From: an uncultured bacterium | Lineage (GTDB): Bacteria; Patescibacteriota; Minisyncoccia; UBA6257; 2-01-FULL-56-20 | DNA length: 64,000 nucleotides | Assembly (NCBI GenBank): GCA_963696395.1 | Contig: CAVOJZ010000002.1 | Span: 784,619-848,618 of the forward strand | Direction of reading: 5' to 3' | In this document: positions 9,712 through 20,362 of the stretch, piece by piece | Layout of the letters: every line of letters starts with the position of its first letter | Numbering within the stretch: the stretch's first letter is position 1 | Translations under genes and position numbers: made by a program | The notes under the pieces: model-generated | What the model was told of the DNA's origin: nothing | Databases searched by the model: none | What the model saw: only the letters and a program-made list of their open reading frames with translations

Positions 9712-10755
9712 TTAGGGATTCGTTATGTTGCCATAGTTCATCCAAGACTGATCCGGCGTATACGTTTCGATCCATTGCTGGGTGTGGCTTTTTGCACCGT
9801 ATTCCCAGACTTGGTTCTGGCTCATATTCGAAACTCCGACGAAGCTGTCTCCCATCCAGTTCCAAATGTCGGTCCAATTGGTGGTCGGGGCGACGCTCGC
9901 TGCGTTGAAGGAATAGATTTCAGAACCGACAAAATCTCCTGCCGTCTTTCCGGTGATGGTGGACGTAGGATCGTTAACGTTCGGTCCGGCTTCGGTGCTG
10001 GTCGGGGTCACGTAAGATCCCGAAAAGCGCACGATGCCGCAATACTGGTTTGATGTGCTGGTTCCGATCTGGTAGACATTCAAGTTCCAGTTAAATGTGT
10101 CGTTTGCCCAGATGCTGCCGTCGAGGCGGGCGTCCGGGGCATGCTGGCCCTTGAGCGTTCCTGACCCGATGAGCGTCATGTTCTTGAAGCCGGTGAATCC
10201 GACGCAAGACGATGCATCAGCAAACGTGGCGATGGGTTTTGCCTTCTTGTCCATCGTCCACGTAAACGTCTGTCCAGCGCTGCTCACGGCGGTTCCTGAA
10301 AGCGTTCCATCGTTTGCGATGGTGCCTATGGCATCGATCGTGTAACCGGCATTGCTGCCGGTGTAGATCGCGTGGAATGTGATCGCGCCGGTTGCGTCGC
10401 TATTCACGGTCGTCGTTCCGTTAGCGGTCCACGTATAGGTGGGGTCCGGAATGTACGATCCTGTTGCCGTAAAGGATCCTGTGTTTTGGTTGAAGCTGTC
10501 TACCGTCATGCTGTGCGCGTAGGTGCCGTCACAGGTGCCTCCCGTGCAGGTGAAACTGATTGTGTAGGGGACCGATATTTCGCCCGGCCGATAGAACCCC
10601 CAAACAAATCCCGGATCGCTGATCGGCGTTGCCGGAGCAACCAACGCACTCGGGGATGAGTTCGTGTTTGTATTAACGGTTGCACCGAGCGGTGCTGCCA
10701 ATGCAAGCATCGGCAGAAAAACGGTCAAAACTGCTGCAAAATATATTTTTTTCAT
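9712..10755 (-). CDS. secreted Thr/Ser/Asn-rich protein, unknown function
   Basis: Start taken at MKKIYFAAVLTVFLPMLALA (signal peptide); low-complexity beta-rich body. Confidence 0.5.
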   Translation of the reverse strand: MKKIYFAAVLTVFLPMLALAAPLGATVNTNTNSSPSALVAPATPISDPGFVWGFYRPGEISVPYTISFTCTGGTCDGTYAHSMTVDSFNQNTGSFTATGSYIPDPTYTWTANGTTTVNSDATGAITFHAIYTGSNAGYTIDAIGTIANDGTLSGTAVSSAGQTFTWTMDKKAKPIATFADASSCVGFTGFKNMTLIGSGTLKGQHAPDARLDGSIWANDTFNWNLNVYQIGTSTSNQYCGIVRFSGSYVTPTSTEAGPNVNDPTSTITGKTAGDFVGSEIYSFNAASVAPTTNWTDIWNWMGDSFVGVSNMSQNQVWEYGAKSHTQQWIETYTPDQSWMNYGNITNP

Positions 10756-10838
10756 AGTTCGTAAGTTAAGTAATTTAATGCAAGTCTGAATCGACCTTTC
10801 CAATTGTTACGCTTTACAAAGCGTTATGTTTCTCGCTG

Positions 10839-11630
10839 TTAATTCGTTGTATCCGAGATAACAACGAAAGTCAACGTATTGCTTGTTCCGTTGTTATTGC
10901 TAACCAAGACCGGATATGAGCCCGGTGTTACTTGCTGCAAAAACAATGCACAGGGAGAGCCCGGAGCCAGAAGATCGCACGGTCCGACGTTGCTTGGCAC
11001 TTGGAAGGTGAGATGGGTTCCGTCGCTTGAGCTTACATTGGCGATGCCGCCGACTCCAAAGTGGACGTTGTTGCCGGTTGCGCTGAAGCCGGTTCCGGTG
11101 ATGGTTACGGATGCTCCGACGGGGGCGCCGCTAGGATTCAAACCCTGGACGAATACCGTTGTCGGTACGCATCGAAAGAGATTGTTTAATGTGGAGCGTG
11201 TTGCGCTGCCCACAAACCCGGTTCCGGTGGAAAGGCCGATCGGGGCGAGGATCTGCGCTGAATATTTTTGCTGGAAGGCGGTTACTGCGGCCGCTGTCGA
11301 CGAATCAAATATCCCGGTAATATTTACCGAAACATTTTGTTTCTGAAGAGCCGTTTGCAGCGCCTGTACTTCCGAACCTGAGTTGCCGAGCGAGAGGTTC
11401 GTCGTAAAAATGTGGCACCATCCGATTCCCGCCGATGTGGTGTTTCCTGATTGAATAGCTTGGGCAAGTTCCTGTTGGAGAACTTGTACCTGCGCCAAAA
11501 GCGCCTGGATTTCTCCCTCGAGGCCGGCATTCTGCGTTGCGCTCGTATTTGTTTGGGCGAACGTGACTCCGGCACCGCCGATCATGACTGCAATGGCAAT
11601 CGCAGCTCCAATAATTAGATTTTTTTTCAT
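10839..11630 (-). CDS. secreted protein with peptidoglycan-binding (PG_binding_1-like) domain and IPT/TIG-like C-terminal domain
   Basis: Signal peptide; NLSLGNSGSEVQALQTALQ...ITGIFDSSTAAAVTAFQQKY matches PG_binding_1 consensus. Confidence 0.55.
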   Translation of the reverse strand: MKKNLIIGAAIAIAVMIGGAGVTFAQTNTSATQNAGLEGEIQALLAQVQVLQQELAQAIQSGNTTSAGIGWCHIFTTNLSLGNSGSEVQALQTALQKQNVSVNITGIFDSSTAAAVTAFQQKYSAQILAPIGLSTGTGFVGSATRSTLNNLFRCVPTTVFVQGLNPSGAPVGASVTITGTGFSATGNNVHFGVGGIANVSSSDGTHLTFQVPSNVGPCDLLAPGSPCALFLQQVTPGSYPVLVSNNNGTSNTLTFVVISDTTN

Positions 11631-11724
11631 AGCTTTTAGTGTACTTTAATTTTCTTGCTGATGACGACCTTGTACAAATGAAGCCGCGTCCGGGCCAGGG
11701 GTATTACAATGGCAAATATTCAGC

Positions 11725-12237
11725 CTAGGCCGGATTATACAGGAGTTTCAGCTTTTCAAGCCCGCGATGGGCCTGTACGGCGAGGGTGCTGGTTGATAGA
11801 CCCGTCACGAGCGCCATTTCTTTCAATGAAAGGTCTTGCACGTAGCGCATGCGCATAATCTTTTGATATGCCACCGGGAGGCGTTGTATTAAAATGAGCG
11901 CCCTTTTGCCATCGAGGATGTCAACGATATGTTCGGAGCGGCCATCACTCGGCTCGAATCCTTTTTCGATGAGGGTATCTAACGAGTTGTTCTTCCGTTT
12001 TCTATATTCATCAATAATAAGGTTGTTGAGCACATGATAAAGAAAAGCCTTCATGATATCTATTTTCCCTCCGCCCACAAGGTAGCTCCAGGTTTTTGTG
12101 AACGTTTCCTGCACGAGATCTTCTCCCGTCCCGTGATTATTTAACTTCAAAAAAGCATGCAAATTGAGCCCTTTTTCATAATCTGTATGGGCCAACGTTA
12201 GTATTGCCCGACGACGCATCTCTTGTTTTCGAGTCAT
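11725..12237 (-). CDS. ECF-family RNA polymerase sigma factor
   Basis: 170 aa; sigma-70 region 2 (DLVQETF...) and region 4 HTH (SLKEMALVTGLSTSTLAVQAHRG). Confidence 0.7.
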   Translation of the reverse strand: MTRKQEMRRRAILTLAHTDYEKGLNLHAFLKLNNHGTGEDLVQETFTKTWSYLVGGGKIDIMKAFLYHVLNNLIIDEYRKRKNNSLDTLIEKGFEPSDGRSEHIVDILDGKRALILIQRLPVAYQKIMRMRYVQDLSLKEMALVTGLSTSTLAVQAHRGLEKLKLLYNPA

Positions 12238-12341
12238 CCTATAGAGTAAGACGGAATAAATAGCTTTCCGTTACGAATGCATTACCGAAACTTAAGCCTA
12301 GCACGTTGTAATGGTTTATGCCCACGTGCGTCTTCCATAGT

Positions 12342-12914
12342 ATGAAAACAACCGATAATGATGTGAAGCAGGTTATTGAGACCGTCGGGGCCGATTTTTT
12401 CGATCGTTTATGGGAGGAAAGCTGGACATATATAAAAACCGTGGTTGATATCGTTCGTGAACCGGTGCTCGTCCTTGATAAAGACCTCCGCGTGATGGTT
12501 GCGAATGATTCTTTTTACAGGACTTTTCAGGCGGAGAAAAAAGACACGGAAAATAAGATTGTATATGAACTTGGCAATGGCCAATGGAACATTCCCGCAC
12601 TTCGCAAGCTGCTCGAAGACATCCTGCCAAAGAACACCTTTTTTAAAGGTTTCGAGGTTATCCACGAATTTCCTAGCATCGGTCGTAAAGTGATGATATT
12701 GAATGCACGACAGATCCACTCCAGGGCGGAAAACGATGAAAGTAGCGCGGAAATATTTCCGCCAATCATTCTGCTTGCCATGGAAGACGTTACGGAGATG
12801 ATGGTGGTCGCAGAGACACTTGCGGGGCATGCCAATCAGACCGAGTCAAAATTTGCCGCACGGATCAAAAAACTGGAAGAGGAAATCAGCGACCTCAAAA
12901 AAGGTTCGTCGTAA
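12342..12914 (+). CDS. PAS-domain protein
   Basis: VLVLDKDLRVMVANDSFYRTFQ PAS-like core; no output domain. Start may be 12318. Confidence 0.5.
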   Translation: MKTTDNDVKQVIETVGADFFDRLWEESWTYIKTVVDIVREPVLVLDKDLRVMVANDSFYRTFQAEKKDTENKIVYELGNGQWNIPALRKLLEDILPKNTFFKGFEVIHEFPSIGRKVMILNARQIHSRAENDESSAEIFPPIILLAMEDVTEMMVVAETLAGHANQTESKFAARIKKLEEEISDLKKGSS

Positions 12915-13000
12915 TACATCCGGCTTCCGCACGGCATCCTAGGTAAGGGTATGCATGCGAGGTCGACCATATCAATTGTAATAATTAAAAAAATAAAATC

Positions 13001-13669
13001 ATGACAAAAACAGTAAAAGCATTACGCATCAGTCTTATAACGGCAGGGGCGTTTCTCGCTCTCGTCGTCGTTTCTTCGGCGGGCATACCGCAAGCTCATG
13101 CCGCACTCACAAGCCAAATGAGTGTCGGTTCCACCGGCGGTGACGTGACTCAACTTCAGCAGTTCCTAGCGACAAATTCCCAGATCTATCCTTCGGGAAT
13201 TGTGAGCGGTTACTATGGGTCTCTCACGAAAGCCGCAGTCACCCAGTTCCAGGTTGCCTATGGCATTTCGCAGGTCGGTCAGGTTGGTCCGATAACGGAA
13301 GCTAAAGTGAATAGCATTATGGCATCCGGCTTTGGGTTGAATACCAATGCCGCCACGTTGAGCAATCTCTCCGTCCAACAGATCAATCCGACCACGGCGA
13401 CCATCAATTGGACGACGAGCGAGCCTGCCGTGGGCCAGGTATTTTACAGCACGAGCCCGATCCTTGCGAATGAAGCGACGGGAGTGTACCAAATTCCATA
13501 CATCGGCGGTACGCCGTCAAACGTAAACAGCGATCCGAGCGTGAGTAATAATCATTCGATCCAGCTGAACGGTCTTCAGCCGAACACGTTTTATTACTTT
13601 ATCGTCCGCTCGATCGATAATTCTTTGAATGTTAGCATGAGCCAGTCGCTGTCGTTTCAAACGAATTAA
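13001..13669 (+). CDS. secreted protein with PG_binding_1-like domain and fibronectin type III domain
   Basis: Signal peptide; GGDVTQLQQFLATN...YGSLTKAAVTQFQVAYGI PG-binding consensus; Fn3-like INWTTSEP...TFYYFIVRSID. Confidence 0.55.
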   Translation: MTKTVKALRISLITAGAFLALVVVSSAGIPQAHAALTSQMSVGSTGGDVTQLQQFLATNSQIYPSGIVSGYYGSLTKAAVTQFQVAYGISQVGQVGPITEAKVNSIMASGFGLNTNAATLSNLSVQQINPTTATINWTTSEPAVGQVFYSTSPILANEATGVYQIPYIGGTPSNVNSDPSVSNNHSIQLNGLQPNTFYYFIVRSIDNSLNVSMSQSLSFQTN

Positions 13670-13684
13670 AATAAGCGCGAGGGA

Positions 13685-13717
13685 AAAAATGCCGAGTTGA
13701 CCTCGGCATTTTTTTAA
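13685..13717 (+). terminator. intrinsic terminator
   Basis: TGCCGAG-TTGAC-CTCGGCA + TTTTTTT. Confidence 0.7.
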
Positions 13718-13771
13718 TTTATAATCCAGTGAGCAAAACAGCGCTATCTAAGGCTATTCCAAGGAGGAGCC

Positions 13772-14182
13772 GTGCCCGATTTACATGTGATACCGATTAT
13801 ACCGATCGTGCCAATCGTCGTGATGTCGAGGGACCCAGTCGCTCGGAAAGATATCCATCATGCGTTCATAAAGGCGACCTATCGGAACGATACCGATTTT
13901 GTCATCACGAGTTGCCCTGAGCATGCCCTGGCGAACATCTTCACGAGAAGACCCCAGCTTCTTATTCTTGGCTCATTACATCGGACGGCTGTCAATGGAG
14001 ATGAGCTGACGATGCGCTTTGTCCGTAGGGTGAAAGCTGCAAATAAATATCACTGGATCATCAGCTATTCACGAGTTCGTCACAACGCGAGTGATCTCTT
14101 TGACGCTGTAATCCCGAAACGTGAACTGATGGGCATCTCAATGCTTCTCGATTACGTTAAGGATTTTATAGATAACGTCTAG
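13772..14182 (+). CDS. hypothetical protein (GTG start with AAGGAGG SD); possibly degenerate receiver-like fold
   Basis: ORF with strong SD; no confident family. Confidence 0.4.
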   Translation: MPDLHVIPIIPIVPIVVMSRDPVARKDIHHAFIKATYRNDTDFVITSCPEHALANIFTRRPQLLILGSLHRTAVNGDELTMRFVRRVKAANKYHWIISYSRVRHNASDLFDAVIPKRELMGISMLLDYVKDFIDNV

Positions 14183-14254
14183 AACCGGGCCGCGACTAAC
14201 CGTCGCGGCCGTTTTGTTATATCGTAATATCGGGAGTATAACTATATACGACCT

Positions 14255-15763
14255 ATGAAACGTTTTTTTGAAATAGTGCCGGGCGCGCTCGCATGGGGCA
14301 CCATCATTCTTATGGTGCTTTTCTCGTGGCTGTTGCCGGTCTGGGTTTCCATCTTTATTATCCTGTTCGACATCTACTGGCTGCTCAAAACGATATACCT
14401 TTCCCTGCACTTGCGGGCGACTTTTAGCACCATGCGGGCGAATATGAAGATTAACTGGCTCGGCAAGCTCGAAGCCATGGATGGGCATTCGGGGTCATCG
14501 TGGCGCGATGTCCGCCAGCTTGTGATTCTTCCAATGTACGACGAGCCGTATGCGGTTGTGAGGGAAAGTTTTGAGAGCCTGGCTAAGACGCACTATCCGC
14601 TCGAAAATATGATAATCGTTCTCGCGCTCGAAGAGCGCGCCGGATCGCGTGCGCGCGGGGTGGGGGATCTGATCGAAAAAGAATTCGGCGGACGATTCGG
14701 TAGTTTTTTGGTGACCGTACACCCGGCGGGTCTGCCCGATGAAATTCCGGGAAAGGGATCTAATGAAGCCTGGGCCGGACGGCAAGCGAAAGAAAAAATA
14801 ATCGATCCGGCGAAATTGGATTATCGGAAGATTCTGGTTTCGGTTTTTGATGTTGATACGCAGGTTTTCCCGGAGTATTTCGGAAGATTGACACACGCAT
14901 TTCTTTCCGCCGAGGATCCGCTGCGCGCCATTTACCAGCCGGTTCCGTTTTTTACAAATAATATATATGAAGCGCCGGCTCTCGCCCGTGTCGTTGCATT
15001 TTCAACAACATTTTGGCAGATGATGCAGCAATCGCGCCCGGAGCGGCTGACATCGTTTTCTTCCCAATCCATTCCATTCCAAACGCTCGTTGATATTGGT
15101 TTTTGGGATAAAGATATTGTTTCCGAGGATTCACGCATATTCTGGCAGGGCTACCTCCTCTATCATGGCAAGTTCCGCGTCGAGCCGCTCTTTTATCCCG
15201 TCTCCATGGACGCCAATGTTGCGCCGACGTTCTGGGGCACGATGAAAAATATTTATAAACAACAGCGTCGCTGGGGCTGGGGCGCGGAAAATATTCCCTA
15301 CATGCTCGAGGGCTTCCGCAATGATCCGGAGATTCCGGATGCAAAGAAGCGATACTGGCGATTTAATACCATTGAAGGATTCCATTCCTGGGCAACCAAC
15401 TCGCTCATGATCTTTGCGCTTGGCTGGCTTCCGTTGTTGCTTGGCGGACGTCATTTTGGTTCAACGTTGCTTGCGTATTATCTGCCGCACGTCACCCGGT
15501 GGATTGTGACGTTCTCGATGCTCGGCATCGTAAGTTCCGCAATTCTTGCCATCATACTATTGCCACCAAAACCGGAAGGATTGCGCGCGCACGATTATTT
15601 CATCTATTTCCTGCAATGGATATTCATGCCGATCACGCTGATTATCTTCGGTGCATTTCCGGGTCTTGAAGCGCAAACACGCCTGATGCTCGGAGGAAAA
15701 TATCGTTTGGGATTCTGGGTCACACCCAAAACGCGGAGGGAGGCTCGTCCGGTTGCGCAGTAG
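14255..15763 (+). CDS. membrane-embedded family-2 glycosyltransferase (cellulose-synthase-like, processive)
   Basis: N- and C-terminal TM helices; D,D,D motifs; QQRRWGWG (QxxRW) motif. Confidence 0.7.
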   Translation: MKRFFEIVPGALAWGTIILMVLFSWLLPVWVSIFIILFDIYWLLKTIYLSLHLRATFSTMRANMKINWLGKLEAMDGHSGSSWRDVRQLVILPMYDEPYAVVRESFESLAKTHYPLENMIIVLALEERAGSRARGVGDLIEKEFGGRFGSFLVTVHPAGLPDEIPGKGSNEAWAGRQAKEKIIDPAKLDYRKILVSVFDVDTQVFPEYFGRLTHAFLSAEDPLRAIYQPVPFFTNNIYEAPALARVVAFSTTFWQMMQQSRPERLTSFSSQSIPFQTLVDIGFWDKDIVSEDSRIFWQGYLLYHGKFRVEPLFYPVSMDANVAPTFWGTMKNIYKQQRRWGWGAENIPYMLEGFRNDPEIPDAKKRYWRFNTIEGFHSWATNSLMIFALGWLPLLLGGRHFGSTLLAYYLPHVTRWIVTFSMLGIVSSAILAIILLPPKPEGLRAHDYFIYFLQWIFMPITLIIFGAFPGLEAQTRLMLGGKYRLGFWVTPKTRREARPVAQ

Positions 15764-17950
15764 TTACTCGCGGTGGATTTTCTTGCTGAATGCTTCCATT
15801 TTGGTGCGGAGCGCGGGGTATTTGGTGAGCCGTGGTTCGTCCTGAAAAATTTTCAGTGCCGCGGCGCGGCTGCCCTGCACGAGTTCCGGATTGCGGAGCG
15901 CTTCCATGGCGACGTCGGGCAGGCCGGTCTGTGCCTGGCCGAAGAATTGTCCCGGCCCGCGGAGTTCGAGGTCTTTTTCCGCGAGTTCGAAGCCGTTATT
16001 TGCCTCAAGGATCGCGCGAAGCCGGGCATTCCCGGAATCCGATTTTGAGTCGGTCATGAGGAAGCAATACGACTGATGTTCACCACGGCCGACGCGGCCA
16101 CGGAATTGATAAAGCTGGGCGAGGCCGAATCGTTCCGCTCCTTCTATGAGCATGATTGTGGCGTTCGGGATGTCCACACCAACCTCAACAACCGAGGTGG
16201 CAACGAGGATGTCGAATTCCCGAGCGGCGAACCGTTTCATGACGTCCTCTTTTTCTTTTCCTTTCATCTGGCCATGGAGCATCGCGATGCGGAGATCGGG
16301 GAACACCTTTTTTGATAATTTTTCAAATTCCGCTTTAACAGATTTTAATTCCAGTTTTCTTATGTCGGGGCTTTCCGATTCCTCACTCGGATCAATGCGC
16401 GGACAGATCACGAACACCTGTCGGCCGCTTTGAACTTCCTTGCGCACAAACGCGTAGGTCGCATCCCGTTCAATGGGTGAAACAATTTTCGTTTCGATCT
16501 GTTTGCGTCCCGCCGGAAGTTCGGTAATAAGCGAAAGGTCAAGGTCGCCGAACACCGTCAGCATGAGTGTTCGCGGAATCGGCGTCGCCGACATGCTCAA
16601 AAAATGAGGGATCGGCACCTTTTTATCCGCCTTTTGCCCGAGCAGTTCGGCGCGTTGCCGTACGCCGAATCGGTGTTGTTCATCGATGATGACGAGCCCG
16701 AGCTTTTGGAACGCAATCGATTTCTGGATGAGCGCATGGGTGCCGAAGATAATTTTGATCTCACCTGATTCGACTTTCTTCCTGAACTCCGGTTTTGAAA
16801 CTTTGGTTTCAACGTCTTTTTCGTAAAAAATAACGGCGTTTGTTCCCGTGAGGAGTCCAACGGGCGGCCGATTCCGCGCGTCGCTGTTCTCGAAGCGCAC
16901 GAAGAGTTTTTTCATGGTTTCAAAGTGCTGCCGCGCGAGAATTTCCGTCGGTGCCATAAAAGCCGTCTGGAGTCCGTGGTCGGCGGCGACGATTGCGGCG
17001 ATTGCCGCCACAACTGTCTTTCCGGATCCCACGTCGCCCTGCAGGAGGCGGTTCATCGGCCGCTCGCGTTCAATATCTTTGGCAATTTCCCAAAGCGATT
17101 TTTTTTGTGACGGCGTGAGTTCGAAAGGCAGCTGGGCAAGCAATGCTTTGATGCGCTCGATATCGGTTGTGATCGCCGGCGCTTTTTGCGCGGCGAGTTT
17201 TGATTTCTGCCGGATGTTAAAAAGTTGAAGCAGGAAAAGTTCCTCGAAGGAAAATCTTGTTTTGGCGCGGGTGGCCTCTTCGATGTCGTTCGGAAAATGT
17301 ACGCGGTGGATCGCCTCCTCAAGCCTCGGAAAATTAAATTCCTCGAGAATAGGGTCGGGGATCCATTCGTTAAGTTTTGGATTCCGCTTGAATACCGACT
17401 GCACCACAAAGCGGATGCCGCGCGAAGTGAGCCCCCGGGTTTCGGGATAGACGGGCACGAGGCGCCCCGTGTGGCGCATGATTTTTACGCGCCCGTCGCT
17501 TCGCAGAAGTTCGTGGACGGGGTGGCTTAAATAAACCTCACCTTCATCCGAGATGGAAACTTTGCCGGAAAAATTCGCCATGCGTCCGGCTTTGAGGACA
17601 TTTGCAAGATACGGCTGGTTGAACCACACTGCGCGCACGGAACCGGTTTCATCGGCGATGAAACCCTCAACAATTTCCATGCCTCGCCGGAAGCTGTGCC
17701 GTACGTGCACTTCCTCGATCGTTCCCTGGATCGTCGCCTGTTGGCCGGGTTCAAGTTCCGCGATCGTATAAATTTTCGAAAAATCGTCGTAGCGAACCGG
17801 GAAATGAGAAAGCAGGTCACCGACGGTTTTAATGCCGAGCTTTTCCAACCGCCGCAGAAACGGAGCGCGGGCGCCAATGATCTCGAACAGTGGTGTCTCG
17901 AGCGCGAGTTGGACCATTAGGTTTGCCCATATTGTACCATAGCGTAGCAA
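15764..17950 (-). CDS. recG: ATP-dependent DNA helicase RecG
   Basis: Wedge-domain N-terminus, GDVGSGKT Walker A, DEQHRFGV motif II. Convergent with zero spacer to GT2 gene. Confidence 0.85.
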   Translation of the reverse strand: MLRYGTIWANLMVQLALETPLFEIIGARAPFLRRLEKLGIKTVGDLLSHFPVRYDDFSKIYTIAELEPGQQATIQGTIEEVHVRHSFRRGMEIVEGFIADETGSVRAVWFNQPYLANVLKAGRMANFSGKVSISDEGEVYLSHPVHELLRSDGRVKIMRHTGRLVPVYPETRGLTSRGIRFVVQSVFKRNPKLNEWIPDPILEEFNFPRLEEAIHRVHFPNDIEEATRAKTRFSFEELFLLQLFNIRQKSKLAAQKAPAITTDIERIKALLAQLPFELTPSQKKSLWEIAKDIERERPMNRLLQGDVGSGKTVVAAIAAIVAADHGLQTAFMAPTEILARQHFETMKKLFVRFENSDARNRPPVGLLTGTNAVIFYEKDVETKVSKPEFRKKVESGEIKIIFGTHALIQKSIAFQKLGLVIIDEQHRFGVRQRAELLGQKADKKVPIPHFLSMSATPIPRTLMLTVFGDLDLSLITELPAGRKQIETKIVSPIERDATYAFVRKEVQSGRQVFVICPRIDPSEESESPDIRKLELKSVKAEFEKLSKKVFPDLRIAMLHGQMKGKEKEDVMKRFAAREFDILVATSVVEVGVDIPNATIMLIEGAERFGLAQLYQFRGRVGRGEHQSYCFLMTDSKSDSGNARLRAILEANNGFELAEKDLELRGPGQFFGQAQTGLPDVAMEALRNPELVQGSRAAALKIFQDEPRLTKYPALRTKMEAFSKKIHRE

Positions 17951-18029
17951 TAAGCAGAACGTTATGGCTCAAAAGTACTATTCAAATTCGTATTTGCCCG
18001 GGAGGTGCTATTTATAAAAAGAGAGCGTG

Positions 18030-18088
18030 CCGGACGCGCGGAGGCGCGGAGGCGTAGCGCGTTTTTAGCAGAAAACGATGCGACCCTC
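18030..18088. repeat. copy A of a ~55-nt element found 3' of tRNA-Lys (second copy at 22995-23053)
   Basis: CGGACGCGCGGAGGCGCGGAGGCGTAGCGCGTTTTTAGCAGAAAACGATGCGACCCT vs CGGACGAGCGTAGGCGAGGAGATGCAGCGCGTTTTCAGCAGAAAACGACGCGACCCT; same ~24-nt spacing to a tRNA(-like) 3' end. Confidence 0.6.
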
Positions 18089-18111
18089 GCTTTGCAAATA
18101 TGATTCGTCTG

Positions 18112-18184
18112 TGCCCCCACGAGGATTCGAACCTCGGACCATCTCCTTAAGAGGGAGTTGCTCTACCAACTGAGCTATAGGGGC
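18112..18184 (-). tRNA. tRNA-Lys (anticodon CTT)
   Basis: GCCCCTA...TGGGGGC acceptor, D-arm GCTCAGTTGGTAGAGC, anticodon loop CTCTTAA, T-arm CGAGG-TTCGAAT-CCTCG; one A:A mismatch at top of anticodon stem. Confidence 0.7.
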
Positions 18185-18202
18185 GAATGCAAAATTATTG
18201 TA

Positions 18203-19261
18203 TTAAGGATGGACAAAAAACGCAATCGCGATGATGAGATAGGCGATGAGGAGCTGTGCGCCTTCGAGCCAGTTCGATTCGCCGTCCACGACCACGATGT
18301 TTACGATGGCAACCGAGAGCAGGATGCTCACGAGCTCGAAAGTATTAAAAATAAGATTCATCTGATTTGCAAAAAATAAACTGACAAAGACAAGGACGGG
18401 TGCGACGAACATCGCGACCTGCGTTGCGGAACCGATCGCGATCTGCATGGCAAGATCCATTTTATTTTTTACCGCCATCGTTATCGCCGATGCATGTTCG
18501 GCTGCGTTGCCGACGATGGCGACGATCACGACGCCGATAAAGAGCTGGGTCCATCCGAGTGCAAGGGCAATCGGGTTGATTGCCGACACGAGGATGTCGC
18601 TCATCCATGCCACGCCGAGCGTTGCGGCTAAGAGGACGCCGATGCTCGTCGATAAGCCCCAGCGTTCCGCAAGGCGTTCCGCGGTTTGCTCATCCTCGAC
18701 GGCGTAGAGGTGCTTGTGCGTGTAGAGGGAAAAAATAAGCGACATCGCATACATCACGAGCATGCACACCGCAACGAGCAAGCTGAAAATTTCAACCGTC
18801 ATGCCGTTCACGGTTGGCACGGCGATCGGAAATATCGCCGGCATCACAAGCGCAGCCGCCGCAATAAAAAGAGTGGATCCAGCCGCGAGTGCGCCGGTGC
18901 GGTTGAACTCCTGTTTTTTAAATCGCAGGCCGCCGGCAAACATCGCGGTTCCGAGCACCAGCAAAAGGTTGCCGAGAATCGACCCGGCGATTGAGGCTTT
19001 CACGACTTCAATGAGACCGGCGTGGATCGCAAAGATGCCGATGATCAGCTCTGTTGCGTTGCCGAACGTTGCGTTCATAAGTCCGCCCCACGCCGTCGAA
19101 GTCCGGGCCGCGAGCTCTTCGGTCGCCTGCCCGATGAACCGTGCAAGGGGAATAATGGCAAGGGCGGATAAAAAGAAAACGATCACCGGAGAATAGCCAA
19201 GAAAGGCAGTGATTGCCGCCAGGGGAATAAAGACGAGGAGGCAGGCGAAGAATTTATCCAT
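18203..19261 (-). CDS. Ca2+/H+ antiporter (CaCA/CAX family)
   Basis: Two alpha-repeats GNATELIIG and GNAAEHASAI; 10-11 TM helices. Confidence 0.75.
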   Translation of the reverse strand: MDKFFACLLVFIPLAAITAFLGYSPVIVFFLSALAIIPLARFIGQATEELAARTSTAWGGLMNATFGNATELIIGIFAIHAGLIEVVKASIAGSILGNLLLVLGTAMFAGGLRFKKQEFNRTGALAAGSTLFIAAAALVMPAIFPIAVPTVNGMTVEIFSLLVAVCMLVMYAMSLIFSLYTHKHLYAVEDEQTAERLAERWGLSTSIGVLLAATLGVAWMSDILVSAINPIALALGWTQLFIGVVIVAIVGNAAEHASAITMAVKNKMDLAMQIAIGSATQVAMFVAPVLVFVSLFFANQMNLIFNTFELVSILLSVAIVNIVVVDGESNWLEGAQLLIAYLIIAIAFFVHP

Positions 19262-19282
19262 GATATTAAGTATAATGGTTTC

Positions 19283-19537
19283 ATGGCATTACGAAAGAAA
19301 GAAGACCAGGAACGCCTCAGGATTGTGGGACGCGTCTTGCAGGAAGCGCGGCAGAAGCGGGGACTGACTCAGCAAGAGGTGGCTCGTCGGCTTCGTAAGA
19401 CCCAATCATATGTGGTAAAGATGGAGAACGGTCAGCGCCGCGTCTGCATCGTGGACATGGTTGGTTTTTTGAGGGTGTATAAATTATCGCCGAATGAGTT
19501 CATTCGCATGTTTCCCAAGAAATGGCAGGTGCCATAG
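19283..19537 (+). CDS. XRE-family HTH transcriptional regulator
   Basis: LTQQEVARRLRKTQSYVVKMENGQR HTH_3 signature; 84 aa. Confidence 0.65.
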   Translation: MALRKKEDQERLRIVGRVLQEARQKRGLTQQEVARRLRKTQSYVVKMENGQRRVCIVDMVGFLRVYKLSPNEFIRMFPKKWQVP

Positions 19538-19595
19538 CCTGGGGATATTCCATATTGGAATACCTATCCGATAAGATGTATGATGATGGAGTACC

Positions 19596-20255
19596 ATGGG
19601 GTCATCATCTTCTGGCCATAACGGCGAGTCCGGAAGTATCCAGTGGATCAAAAAACATCTGTGGCTGGTTCATATTTTTTTCTGGGTTTTAATCGCGTTT
19701 TTGATCCTTTTTCTGGTGGTGCGGGTTAATGAACCGTGCCCACCGTCCCTCTCGACAATGCAGATGACTTTCTTCCAGAGCCTTTTGCCGTGCAATCCTC
19801 CGCCGCCTCCACCGCCCATACGGGCAACAGAAAAAAATGCTTCGTTGGTGCTCGCGCCTCCAGTGACCCTCGTAAAAGTGGGGGATCGTTTTCTGGTGCC
19901 GCTCATCGTGCGCCCTTCTGATTTCCCGATTAATGTTGTTTACGCTTCGCTTGCCTATCCAACCAGCGTCCGCTTAATTGCTCAGGACGCATCAAGTTCT
20001 CCGTTCGCTATACGACTTCACGATCCGGATGATGACGACTCTCTGCAGGAAACGATGCAAATGCAGCCCGGCCCCGGTATCAATTGGCCCGCGTCGCTCG
20101 CGACGTTTACATTTTTAGCATTGCGTCCAGGCGTTGTTTCCATAAGCATCACGAGTGGTTCTCAGGTGCTCGCGGATGACGGGTTTGGAACGAATGTCCT
20201 CGGGTCACTGACAAACGCAACGATCACCATAGTTTCAGCTTCAGCAGCTCAATAA
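19596..20255 (+). CDS. membrane-anchored protein with poly-Pro linker and cohesin-like beta domain, unknown function
   Basis: TM helix, PPPPPPP tract, beta-rich C-terminus. Confidence 0.45.
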   Translation: MGSSSSGHNGESGSIQWIKKHLWLVHIFFWVLIAFLILFLVVRVNEPCPPSLSTMQMTFFQSLLPCNPPPPPPPIRATEKNASLVLAPPVTLVKVGDRFLVPLIVRPSDFPINVVYASLAYPTSVRLIAQDASSSPFAIRLHDPDDDDSLQETMQMQPGPGINWPASLATFTFLALRPGVVSISITSGSQVLADDGFGTNVLGSLTNATITIVSASAAQ

Positions 20256-20362
20256 AAAATCAACGCCCAACCAGAAATGATATAAATGCAAATTACTTGC
20301 AAATAATTTGCCTGTTTTCTGCGCAAATGATAGGGTTGTCGATATAATAACTTTCACCGAAA